Source: an uncultured Chroococcidiopsis sp. (GTDB lineage Bacteria; Cyanobacteriota; Cyanobacteriia; Cyanobacteriales; Chroococcidiopsidaceae). From it: 64,000 bases of DNA. A program made the position numbers and the translations under genes. Positions within the stretch are counted from its first letter, which is position 1. Every line of letters begins with the position of its first letter. This document shows, piece by piece, positions 20,468 to 29,975 of this stretch. Under the pieces are notes generated by a model that was not told the DNA's origin, made no database searches, and saw only the letters and a list, made by a program, of their open reading frames with translations. Where the stretch lies: the NCBI GenBank assembly GCA_964248365.1, contig CAXTYC010000001.1, positions 64,001 to 128,000 of the forward strand, read 5' to 3'.

Positions 20468-22425
20468 AACTCAGTAGATTTTCCCTTGGGCGCATCAGAT
20501 AAGAATACCTTAAAAGACACTCTACGGTTCAAGTCTTTATTCTTTTGCCCAAATTCTCTTGAACCTACCCCCACAGCAGTCAAATTAGATACTTTTAGTC
20601 CCTGCGAGGTTAAAGTAGATAAGATTGCATTTGCCCGCGCTTGGCTAAGGCGCAAATTATCTTCTTCTGAACCATCACTGTCAGCGTGTCCAATAATTTC
20701 AATTCGGATATTCTTATGAAAATATGGTGCAATATCGCTCAGTGTCCTAATTTGTTTTATTACTGCCTGTAGTTTATTATCCTCACTTGGTAAAAGTTGT
20801 GTACTGCCTTTGATAAAATAAAGTATTTGTTTTTCGAGTTGTTCTTTATTTGATTGAAGTGATTGAAGTTCTGTCTCAACTAAATTATGAGCCTGAATTT
20901 GATTAACACCAGGAAAATTGGTAGCTAGTTTTTTGGCTTGAGCAATCCATTGACGAGGAGCGGAGCCACTAGCATAAAGAATTCCGTTATTGTCAACTTT
21001 TAGTGCTACAGTTGCAGGCGGTTGCAGTAATCGTTTTACCCTTATAGTGGTAAATATAGGATCAATTGATATGTAAGATTCCCAACGGATAATAACTGCT
21101 TTGGGATTCAGCTTTGCTTCTTGTATCAGCTTAGTTGGCTCAGTCGCCAAAGGATCGCGCAGTCCAGAAATAAAATATTTTCCATTACGCTTCTCGGCAT
21201 TAACTACAACTATTCCAGGCTGGGAATTTAATTTTTCTAAAAAGTTTGCCCAACGCCATCTTTCTTGTATATGAAAAAAGCCCCAAATTCCCAAACAGCA
21301 GAATATACCACCTAGTAATATCCCTACAATAGGAGAAGGTTTGTCTTTTTTGGCTTGATACTGAACCTGAAGGCAATCTTCTAAATACGACCTACTTTTC
21401 TCAAAAGGCGTATCATCTCCTTGAAAAGAAATTAGAGCGCTACGAAACTGTTTATGAATTTTTTCAATAGTAGTTTGAAAAACTAACCTCAGCTCTTGCG
21501 GAGCATTCCCTCGGATTACACCTGCTAATATTGCCTGTGGACCTTGTTCAATCAAAATGGTAAGTTCTCCAAACTCTAAAGTGTCGAGGGCATCCTCTTG
21601 TGACACATTGAAAGAGTCTTGAACAAAAGTTTGAATAGCTGTCAACATAGCTGAAACTAAATCCGCATCTTGTGCAGCTACCGATTCGGCTACTACGTGT
21701 TGCAGAACTAAGCTAGTTTGTTTGTGAATCAAAAACACCTGTTCAACGCGGTAGACAAGAGTACGTAAAAGTACAACTTCAGCGAATGATTTCCCAGTTC
21801 GTTTAGCTTCTAGCCTCCATTTAAAACTTTGTGGAGATAAGCTATTGTCGAGAGTTTGATTGAGAGATTCGGTTAAGGTTTTGAGAGCTGTAGAAACAGC
21901 TTTTCTGATGGCTGGTCCCATTACTGGAAAAAGCGCATCAGAAAGAACATTCAGGTCTTGTTTAACCGAGTTGTGGATAGCTTGTTCAATCGTTGGAACC
22001 ACTGCTTTGGTGAGTTGTTCATCTTGCATCGTTCGCAGGATAATCGCCTCTGGTAGCACATTGCTAACATCCTCTGCAAGTACCTTGGGATTATCTAGTC
22101 GCGCTTGCAAATCCGCACCGAACAGCAAATTTCGTAGTTCAGAGAGTCCCTCCTCTTCTGAAGTAGAAGGATTGTGGGAAGAAGGCTGAGGTTTTGGCGG
22201 TGGTTCTACCCCAGACTGATGACCAAATAGTAGGTTTCTAAGTTCAGCCAGCGCCTCTTCTTCTTGTGCTGGAGAATAATTGGATGGCACTTTGTTAGAA
22301 TTTTGAGTATAAAAGTTAACTCCTTGCTGAATCGTTTCCTCATGGCTAAAGCTTCCGTTTTGTACCTTTAATTCGGAATTGGATTCGGAGAATTCCAAAT
22401 TGTTTTTATCTCTTTCATTGCTCAT
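20464..22425 (-). CDS. Single-pass membrane protein with C-terminal OmpA-like peptidoglycan-binding domain
   Basis: TM IVGILLGGIFCCLGIWGFF; IIGHADSDG..N..LSQARAN...NRRV. Confidence 0.88.
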   Translation of the reverse strand: MSNERDKNNLEFSESNSELKVQNGSFSHEETIQQGVNFYTQNSNKVPSNYSPAQEEEALAELRNLLFGHQSGVEPPPKPQPSSHNPSTSEEEGLSELRNLLFGADLQARLDNPKVLAEDVSNVLPEAIILRTMQDEQLTKAVVPTIEQAIHNSVKQDLNVLSDALFPVMGPAIRKAVSTALKTLTESLNQTLDNSLSPQSFKWRLEAKRTGKSFAEVVLLRTLVYRVEQVFLIHKQTSLVLQHVVAESVAAQDADLVSAMLTAIQTFVQDSFNVSQEDALDTLEFGELTILIEQGPQAILAGVIRGNAPQELRLVFQTTIEKIHKQFRSALISFQGDDTPFEKSRSYLEDCLQVQYQAKKDKPSPIVGILLGGIFCCLGIWGFFHIQERWRWANFLEKLNSQPGIVVVNAEKRNGKYFISGLRDPLATEPTKLIQEAKLNPKAVIIRWESYISIDPIFTTIRVKRLLQPPATVALKVDNNGILYASGSAPRQWIAQAKKLATNFPGVNQIQAHNLVETELQSLQSNKEQLEKQILYFIKGSTQLLPSEDNKLQAVIKQIRTLSDIAPYFHKNIRIEIIGHADSDGSEEDNLRLSQARANAILSTLTSQGLKVSNLTAVGVGSREFGQKNKDLNRRVSFKVFLSDAPKGKSTEL

Positions 22426-23023
22426 TTCTCAGTCTTATAGCAATTTCTGCAAACAAAGCCGATAGAGTGGATCGATTAGCTTTGTCTTTATGCAACTCTT
22501 GCGTTTGTCTTTCTATTACAGCCAACATTTCGGTAAATTTTTCTCTAATTTCATCGTCCAAGTTTTTGGATTGCTCTAAAATCTGTTGGCGTAAGTCACT
22601 AGCAGTTTTACTACCTTTCTCATCAAGCTGGGAAAGTTTTTCATTTATGGAAGTAGTTTGATTTCTTTGTTCTAGTTCAAGTTGTTTTAAAGCTTCATCT
22701 TGGGCAGTCTGTTGTTTTTTAACGGTTCGTGCCAAAGACTCAATTTCTTGTTTTATATACGTTTCTATAGAATCTAACCGCTTTCTTGTATCATTTCTAA
22801 GTGTGGCGCATTCATTGCTCAGCCGTTCTTCTAGGCGATTAAATCTTTTTTCATATTCCTGCATTTGGGAACCAAAAAGAATATCTCTAACTTTGTCTAA
22901 ATTCCCACTACTTCCAATATCGCTGCCTGAAAGTTGAGGTCTATTCATATTTATTCCTTGACTTAAATTTTCTGTTATCGGTTCTACAGTAATGTAAGTT
23001 ACATTTTCCTCTGGTGTGTTCAT
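22415..23023 (-). CDS. Coiled-coil hypothetical protein
   Basis: LDKVRDILFG then a long heptad-rich segment; stop overlaps the start of the OmpA-domain gene. Confidence 0.8.
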   Translation of the reverse strand: MNTPEENVTYITVEPITENLSQGINMNRPQLSGSDIGSSGNLDKVRDILFGSQMQEYEKRFNRLEERLSNECATLRNDTRKRLDSIETYIKQEIESLARTVKKQQTAQDEALKQLELEQRNQTTSINEKLSQLDEKGSKTASDLRQQILEQSKNLDDEIREKFTEMLAVIERQTQELHKDKANRSTLSALFAEIAIRLRNEQ

Positions 23024-23679
23024 GATTTTGATCCTTTTGTGCAATTGAATTTTAACAGTTTACTTTTTCAATAACATATTATGCGCTCTGTCACTCAAAT
23101 ATATTTATTTAATTTGTATATGAGGATTGCATAATTTTTATCCTTGCTTTACTAAAGTGAGTCCTAGCAGCGGACACCAGGGGCTAAAATTGCTCAAAAT
23201 CCATAAGCATATATGATAATTGCGATTGCAGTAAATCAAAGCCGACTCAAGACTAAAGATATTTTCTCAACTTGTAAAATACCATAGTTTAAAATACGGT
23301 TATCTGGATTTTTTATAAAATTATTATATTTATAAATATACATGGTTATTTTGATTTATCTCAAGAATCTGTTGGCTAAAAATTAAGGTTTTAGTTGTGA
23401 CATTATCATATTCGGATTTTACTTATTTTAACTAGTATAATTTATGACTTATTTTTTGCAGTTGCCTGCACTGAAAACTAGCAAATGGTGCGTTACGGCA
23501 AAGCAAGAGCGCACCTTACGCATTTTAAATCAAAATAATTTTTACTATCAGATGCAATGTAAATTATCAAAATCTCAAAGTATTATTTGTTGCTCTATAA
23601 TCGAAAAAATAAATGTAAATTTTGATATACTGTAACGATTGAAACAGTTGTAGTACTTAAAATGGGTTGAATTGGTTAA

Positions 23680-23735
23680 GTGGTAACTGGTAGTTGGTAG
23701 TTGGTAACTGGTAACTGGTAACTGGTAACTGGTAA
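23680..23735. repeat. STRR-like heptamer tandem repeat (TGGTAAC/TGGTAGT)n
   Basis: About eight consecutive heptamers. Confidence 0.85.
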
Positions 23736-23821
23736 GCTTATGTCAGCAAATCCAAAATAGAATAAGGTAAAGTAATAGATTAGATAGATTGAATTAATTT
23801 TTTATATAAACATCAGGAGGT

Positions 23822-24229
23822 ATGAGTTTGTTTGCCGGAAAAAGACCATCAAATTTGGGTGTACAAGATGGTAAATTAGCACCATGCCCCAATACCCCAA
23901 ACTGTGTTTCTAGCCAAAGCACAGACACAGTACATAAAATTGAGCCTTTGACTTACAAATCTACTAGCGCGGAGGCTTTTGCTAAACTCAAGCAAGCGAT
24001 CGCAAGCCAGCCAAGAACTAAAATTATTACCGAATCTCCAAACTATCTCTATGCAGAATTCACTAGCGCCATTATGGGGTTTGTGGATGATGTAGAGTTT
24101 TATCTCGATGAAGGCGCAAAAGTGTTTCATGTTCGTTCAGCCTCTAGATTAGGACAATCTGATTTAGGAGTAAATCGCAAAAGGATAGAGACTATTCGCG
24201 CAAAACTCCAAGAGTTGGAACAAGCTTAG
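23822..24229 (+). CDS. DUF1499 family protein
   Basis: L.PCP.TPNCVSSQ, GFVDDVEF, RSASRLGQSDLGVNRKR; RBS aggagg upstream. Confidence 0.92.
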   Translation: MSLFAGKRPSNLGVQDGKLAPCPNTPNCVSSQSTDTVHKIEPLTYKSTSAEAFAKLKQAIASQPRTKIITESPNYLYAEFTSAIMGFVDDVEFYLDEGAKVFHVRSASRLGQSDLGVNRKRIETIRAKLQELEQA

Positions 24230-24354
24230 AGTAAATGATGCTGGATTTGGATAATTTTAATTTCTGGCGTTGCACAATGTCGTAATGATTATGTCTCGCA
24301 AAGACGCAAAGACGCTAAGGCTTCTCGTAGAGTAGGCGCAAAGATAATAAGATG

Positions 24355-24430
24355 AAAAAAAATCCCCTCAAGCTACAGCAGGAGGGGGTTGAATCTTTGC
24401 ATGAGGAAGCAGACGGTTTACCTACTTATT
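24355..24430 (-). ncRNA. Candidate small RNA with intrinsic terminator
   Basis: Minus strand GUAGGUAAACCGUCUGCUUCCUCAUGCAAAG...CCCCUC-loop-GAGGGG-AUUUUUUUU; no ORF. Confidence 0.35.
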
Positions 24431-24481
24431 AAGAAGCATAAGTTACAAACATGACAACAAAGTGACGAGATCCGATGATGA

Positions 24482-24598
24482 TAAAACCCGCATAAAGCAA
24501 TTGCTTTACGCGGGTTTTGGTTTAGATATAGAGTTTCAGTATAGTGTTGGAGATATTCGGCTTTGCTTCGAGTAAACACTTTATTTGTTTACCCTGTT
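24482..24598 (-). ncRNA. Candidate sRNA, possibly a PsrR1 homolog
   Basis: Minus strand 5' stem GUAAACA..UGUUUAC, core UCUCCAACACUAUACUGAAACUC, terminator AAAACCCGC..GCGGGUUUU, TAATAT -10 upstream; PsrR1 resemblance is from memory only. Confidence 0.45.
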
Positions 24599-24792
24599 TA
24601 TATTAAAGACCAAAAAAATCTTTTGATCATCAAGAAACCGTGAAGAAATAGGGGTTAAACGGTAAAGAAACGATGTTGTTTACGCCAACGGTATGGGTGA
24701 GTTTACGTAGGTTTGTACTGACAAGGGTAGTTTTGCTAATAATCAGTTAAACTTTGATCGCAGTGATAATAAGCTTTTGCGTAAGAACACCA

Positions 24793-26493
24793 ATGCTTAG
24801 AAGCTTGAAAAATCACACCATCACAGCGGTTGTGTTTTTGGTATCCTGGTTGCTGATTCTGCTGTTAGTGCAAGCAACCAGACAGCCCATGATGCAATCT
24901 CAGCCTCAACTACTAAGCGATCCATTTTTACAATTACCAACCGCTAACTCGGTGCGAGTTGTTTGGTTTACCGAGTTTGCTGGTAGAGATCATAAAGTTG
25001 TCTATGGTGAAAATCTACAGCAAACCACCCTCGCCACTACTACCAAACTTAGCCGCACAAGGGAAGATAGAGATTCTCGCGTAGGTGAAAGCCAAAAGGA
25101 GCAATACAAAGTACCAACAATGCGTGATATTTGGCGACACGAAGCCCAAGTAACTCGGTTAAATCCTAACGCCCGTGTGCCTTATCGTGTAACGAGTGTC
25201 AGAGAAGATGGCTTGAGTGTAAGCAGTGGTGAATTCACTCTAGCCCCTAATCCTACACCAGGTACATCAATAAAGATTCTTTTAACTTCAGATCATCAAC
25301 TCATGCCGATGGTTGCTGCTAATCTCCAAATGGTGGTTGAAACTGTGGGTAGAGTGGATGCGGTGTTTATGGCTGGTGATTTAGTCAATATTGCCGATCG
25401 CGCGTCAGAGTGGTTTGATGATAATCGGGGTGGTGCTTTTTTTCCCTGTCTCCAAGGTAGAGCAAACTATGAATTAGCAAAGACTTTATATAAGGGAGGG
25501 GAAATTATTCAACACGCTCCTTTATTTCCTGCTATCGGCAATCATGAAGTAATGGGGCTTTTTGGTAAGGGTAGTTTAAGTGACCAGTTCAATAATGCTT
25601 TTCCCCGTACAATTGGGCATCACAAGGACAATTCTTTTAATACCAATACCTACGAAGAGATTTTCACTCTACCCGAAAGTAGTTCAGGGGGGAAGACTTA
25701 CTACGCCACTACTTTCGGTGATGTGCGCTTGGTGGTATTATATGCAACTAATATGTGGCGATCGCCTAAGATTTCCCCTGAGATTCGAGGAAAGTATCAG
25801 GAACGACAGCAAGATTTGAATAATCCTGATACTTGGGGATATGGACAAATTATATTTGGGGCGATTTCTATTGGTACTCCTCAGTACAACTGGCTAGCGC
25901 AAGAACTCCAAAGCTCTGAATTTCGCCGAGCAAAGTACAAAATCGTCATGTTGCATCATCCGCCCCATTCTCTGGGTGACAACATTGTACCTGCATATAC
26001 TGATCCTGTGCAAATCATTGACCGCAAGGATAACACCATCCAGGCGGTACGTTACGAGTATCCAAAAGATGCAGATTATATTATTCGTGATGTTGTGCCA
26101 CTGTTAGAAGCAGCTGGGGTGCAACTAGTATTGTATGGGCATTCCCATTTGTGGAATCGCTTTGTTAGCCCCACCCGAATGCACTTTCTAGAAACGTCCA
26201 ATGTAGGCAACTCTTACGGTGCGGCGACGATGGGTGGTAAAAAGCGAGAGGTTCCGAATGGTAACGACAAGGACTATGTGGCAATAGGCGATCCGAATGG
26301 ACTTGAACCGATAGTTCCGAGTATTATACCACTACAAGGAGAAGATGGCAAGCCACTAGGGTATATTGCCAGTAATGATATCACTGTTTTCAGCATCTTT
26401 GATACATCAAAAGGAACAGTGAGTAGCTATCGCTTTGATACTAGGGAACCAGGATCAAAAGTGGTGAAGTTTGATGAATTTAAGCTGAAATAA
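24793..26493 (+). CDS. Metallophosphoesterase (purple acid phosphatase-like, N-terminal FN3-like domain)
   Basis: SDHQ, AGDLV, GNHE, HHPPH, GHSH motifs; N-terminal hydrophobic segment. Confidence 0.9.
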   Translation: MLRSLKNHTITAVVFLVSWLLILLLVQATRQPMMQSQPQLLSDPFLQLPTANSVRVVWFTEFAGRDHKVVYGENLQQTTLATTTKLSRTREDRDSRVGESQKEQYKVPTMRDIWRHEAQVTRLNPNARVPYRVTSVREDGLSVSSGEFTLAPNPTPGTSIKILLTSDHQLMPMVAANLQMVVETVGRVDAVFMAGDLVNIADRASEWFDDNRGGAFFPCLQGRANYELAKTLYKGGEIIQHAPLFPAIGNHEVMGLFGKGSLSDQFNNAFPRTIGHHKDNSFNTNTYEEIFTLPESSSGGKTYYATTFGDVRLVVLYATNMWRSPKISPEIRGKYQERQQDLNNPDTWGYGQIIFGAISIGTPQYNWLAQELQSSEFRRAKYKIVMLHHPPHSLGDNIVPAYTDPVQIIDRKDNTIQAVRYEYPKDADYIIRDVVPLLEAAGVQLVLYGHSHLWNRFVSPTRMHFLETSNVGNSYGAATMGGKKREVPNGNDKDYVAIGDPNGLEPIVPSIIPLQGEDGKPLGYIASNDITVFSIFDTSKGTVSSYRFDTREPGSKVVKFDEFKLK

Positions 26494-26641
26494 AAGATAT
26501 GGAGTTAGTCTGGATCTATGCCAAGCGATCGCAGCCTTTGGGCTAGCCGTTCTGCTCGTTGTTGTGCTAATTCCTTCTCTTGTCGTTCTTGTAGTGCTGC
26601 TTCCTCTGGTGTGGGAACTTTATCGCCCTGTGGGGTAAAAT

Positions 26642-27065
26642 AGCGCAACTGTTCTTGTTCTACACCCAAATATAAGCCTAGTTCTTCGCTCCAGCGCCAG
26701 CCTTGGGGATTTGGGGTTATCTCTTGATAACGTCCCATCAGCCTCCATCCTTCAAACTCCAAAGTATCTGGAGAAAACCAGAAATACTCTGGTGTGCGAA
26801 AGCGTTCTTGATATAAGTCTTTTTTCCTTGTGCGGTCAGTTGTAGCCGTAGAGAGCGCAACTGTTCTTGTTCTACACCCAAATATAAGCCTAGTTCTTCG
26901 CTCCAGCGCCAGCCTTGGGGATTTGGGGTTATCTCTTGATAACGTCCCATCAGCCTCCATCCTTCAAACTCCAAAGTATCTGGAGAAAACCAGAAATACT
27001 CTGGTGTGCGAAAGCGTTCTTGATATAAGTCTTTTTTCCTTGTGCGGTCAGTTGTAGCCGTAGAG
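26642..27065. repeat. 212-bp tandem duplication
   Basis: 26642-26853 repeated at 26854-27065, apparently identical. Confidence 0.92.
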
Positions 27066-27076
27066 GTGGATAATAA

Positions 27077-27121
27077 CTCAACGTTCCGCGCCAGGAGGCT
27101 GGCGCGGCTGCGTTGAGCAAG
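27077..27121. mobile_element. 45-nt hairpin insertion in the Uma2 pseudogene
   Basis: Splits IIE|LLS in frame; CTCAACG..CCGCGCCAG-GAGG-CTGGCGCGG..CGTTGAG-CAAG, then CTC repeated. Confidence 0.75.
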
Positions 27122-27690
27122 CTCAATAATCAAATTTGGGTACTTGCCATCTTCTTCCCACACAACCCAAGCATTGCGATCGCGCTTTTGTGTCTGCTTG
27201 ACTAGGGAAAAAATCGGGACCACGAAAGTCTCGATTTCGCAGTTGTTGGCGACTGAAATATATAGTTAGGTTAGCGCCGATAAAGAAGTCGTTGCGATCG
27301 CGCCATAGCCATTCTAGACAGCTAACGAGCAGCAGCAATTGCATATAGTGTAAAGAACTTTCCATTTCTGGCTCGTCGCTATACAGTTGAGTGGCATCAG
27401 GCATCATTGATTCTAGTTGCCCCGCTGTTAAAACCATATTCGCCTAGTGTCTGCTGGATTTTGTTTTTATTATGGCTGCTACGGGGCGATCGCGTTATCA
27501 TGCTTTCTCGCTTTTACACCTCGAAAGAGGTAGAACCTCTGCGAGAAAAAACTCGAACGCGAAGGGTAGTTTGTCGCTGGGAGTTGATAATAGAAGAGAG
27601 TAGGGGCGGATTGAATCGATATATTTGTTGGTAGCACAGATATTAGAAAAACTCGCTTTTACGTCTATCACAATTCTTAAATATATAGAT

Positions 27691-29199
27691 ATGGCAAGAG
27701 ATTTGCGGGGATTCCTAAAACTGCTAGAAGAAAGAGGACAATTGCGGCGAATTAGCGCTTTAGTTGATCCAGATTTAGAAATTGCAGAGATTTCTAACCG
27801 GATGCTGCAACGCGGTGGACCTGGGTTGCTATTTGAAAACGTTAAAGGATCTCCTTATCCGGTAGCGGTGAATCTGATGGGAACGGTGGAAAGGATTTGC
27901 TGGGCGATGAATATGCAAACACCCCAGGAATTAGAAGGGCTGGGGAAAAAGCTAAGTATGTTGCAGCAGCCGAAGCCACCTAAGAAAATTTCCCAAGCTG
28001 TTGAGTTTGGTAAGGTTCTGTTTGATGTGTTGAAAGCGAAGCCAGGGCGAGATTTTTTTCCGGCTTGTCAACAAGTGGTAATTCAGGGTGATGAACTCGA
28101 TTTGAATACTCTACCGTTGATTCGTCCTTATTCGGGTGATGCGGCGAAAATTATCACGTTGGGGTTGGTGATTACCAAGGATTGTGAAACGGGTACGCCG
28201 AATGTGGGAGTATATAGATTACAGTTGCAATCACCCAATACGATGACTGTGCATTGGTTGTCGGTGCGGGGTGGGGCTAGACATTTACGCAAGGCGGCGG
28301 AAAGAGGAAAGAAATTAGAAGTTGCGATCGCTCTGGGTGTCGATCCTTTAATTATCATGGCAGCTGCTACACCCATTCCAGTAGATTTATCAGAATGGCT
28401 GTTTGCTGGGCTTTACGGCGGTTCTGGGGTGCAATTGGCTAAGTGTAAAACGGTAGATTTAGAAGTTCCGGCAGATTCTGAGTTTGTGCTGGAGGGAACG
28501 ATTACGCCTGGGGAAATGATGCCAGATGGTCCTTTTGGCGATCACATGGGTTATTACGGTGGCGTAGAGGATTCGCCCCTAATTCGCTTCCACTGCATGA
28601 CGCATCGAAAAGATCCGATTTATCTAACTACATTTAGCGGTCGTCCACCCAAGGAAGAAGCAATGATGGCGATCGCGCTTAACCGCATCTATACACCTAT
28701 TCTACGGCAACAGGTGACAGAAATTGTCGATTTCTTCCTGCCGATGGAAGCTTTAAGTTACAAAGCGGCAATTATATCTATTGATAAAGCTTACCCTGGT
28801 CAAGCTCGTCGTGCTGCTTTAGCTTTCTGGAGTGCTTTACCTCAGTTTACTTACACCAAGTTTGTGATTGTAGTAGATAAAGATATCAATATCCGCGACC
28901 CGCGAATGGTGGTATGGGCTATTAGTTCTAAGGTTGATCCGACACGGGATGTGTTCATTTTGCCCAATACTCCTTTTGATACCCTAGATTTTGCTAGCGA
29001 GAAAATCGGTTTGGGTGGCAGGATGGGAATTGATGCAACTACAAAGATTCCACCGGAAACAAATCATGAATGGGGTGCTGCGTTGGAATCAGATCCCGAT
29101 GTGGCGGCGATGGTAGAGAGGCGTTGGGTTGAGTATGGTTTGGCAGATTTGCAGCTAGGGGAGGTTGATCCAAATTTGTTTGGGTATGACGTGAGGTAG
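27691..29199 (+). CDS. ubiD: UbiD-family decarboxylase
   Basis: MARDLRGF, NVGVYRLQ, DGPFGDHMGYY, GRPPKE, RMGIDAT. Confidence 0.93.
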   Translation: MARDLRGFLKLLEERGQLRRISALVDPDLEIAEISNRMLQRGGPGLLFENVKGSPYPVAVNLMGTVERICWAMNMQTPQELEGLGKKLSMLQQPKPPKKISQAVEFGKVLFDVLKAKPGRDFFPACQQVVIQGDELDLNTLPLIRPYSGDAAKIITLGLVITKDCETGTPNVGVYRLQLQSPNTMTVHWLSVRGGARHLRKAAERGKKLEVAIALGVDPLIIMAAATPIPVDLSEWLFAGLYGGSGVQLAKCKTVDLEVPADSEFVLEGTITPGEMMPDGPFGDHMGYYGGVEDSPLIRFHCMTHRKDPIYLTTFSGRPPKEEAMMAIALNRIYTPILRQQVTEIVDFFLPMEALSYKAAIISIDKAYPGQARRAALAFWSALPQFTYTKFVIVVDKDINIRDPRMVVWAISSKVDPTRDVFILPNTPFDTLDFASEKIGLGGRMGIDATTKIPPETNHEWGAALESDPDVAAMVERRWVEYGLADLQLGEVDPNLFGYDVR

Positions 29200-29267
29200 G
29201 GGAACGAACCGCATAGCCTGGGGTTTAAACCCCAGGGAAGCAAAGGACGCTGGGAGGGAAGGTTGAG

Positions 29268-29504
29268 ATGAAGTACCTTGATATAGCAGATGCTCAAAAG
29301 GATTTGTTGATGTTGTTGGATGAGATTGCTGTTAGTCGTGAGGAGGTGATGATTACTCGTGACGGTATAGGAGTTGCCAAGATCTTACCTTGTGAAAAAA
29401 CAAAGCCAGAAGTTAGTAAGTATTCATTGCGAGGTTTACCAATTCACATTGCTGATGATTTTGATGAACCTTTAACCGAGTTGTGGGATGCTATGAATGA
29501 ATGA
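29268..29504 (+). CDS. Phd/YefM-family antitoxin
   Basis: EEVMITRDG..VAKI, C-terminal IADDFDEPL; ATGA overlap with a PIN toxin gene. Confidence 0.8.
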   Translation: MKYLDIADAQKDLLMLLDEIAVSREEVMITRDGIGVAKILPCEKTKPEVSKYSLRGLPIHIADDFDEPLTELWDAMNE

Positions 29505-29925
29505 TTGTTTTAGATACTCATGTATGGTTGTGGTGGTTGCATGAGCCGGAAAAACTATCAGCTCTTGCACAGACTTTAATTAATCAAGAAGAGCAACTCA
29601 ATGGATTGCTTGTATCTGCTATTTCTGTATGGGAAATTGCTGTCAAGGTAGGAGTGGGAAAGCTGGTGCTACCTATGGAAGTTAATGAGTGGTACGACCA
29701 AGCTTGTGCGTTCCTGGTTTGATTATCGAGTCGGTGACTCCCCAAGATGCGATCGCCAGTACCCAGTTACCTGGTACTTTTCATAAAGATCCAGCAGATC
29801 GAATCATCGTTGCTTTGGCTCGAAGATATAATGTGCCACTAATTACCTGCGATGATAAAATTCTTGCTTATCCTTATGTTGAGACTGTTTGGCAATCGTT
29901 TATGAAATATACTGCACTTGTTTGA
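29501..29925 (+). pseudogene. VapC/PIN toxin with a 1-nt deletion frameshift at ~29712
   Basis: LDTHVWLW..SAISVWEIA in one frame, FHKDPADRII..LITCD.KI in another. Confidence 0.8.
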
Positions 29926-29975
29926 AAGCGAATCGAAGTGATAAAGATAGTCATCAGCAATCTGTAGAACTAAAT

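Larger units (their letters stand above)
26505..27437 (-). pseudogene. Uma2-family endonuclease pseudogene
   Basis: SDEPEMESSLH, FRGPDFF, PNLIIEL, TPEYFWF; +1 frameshift at ~27205, 45-nt insertion, 212-bp tandem duplication. Confidence 0.88.
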
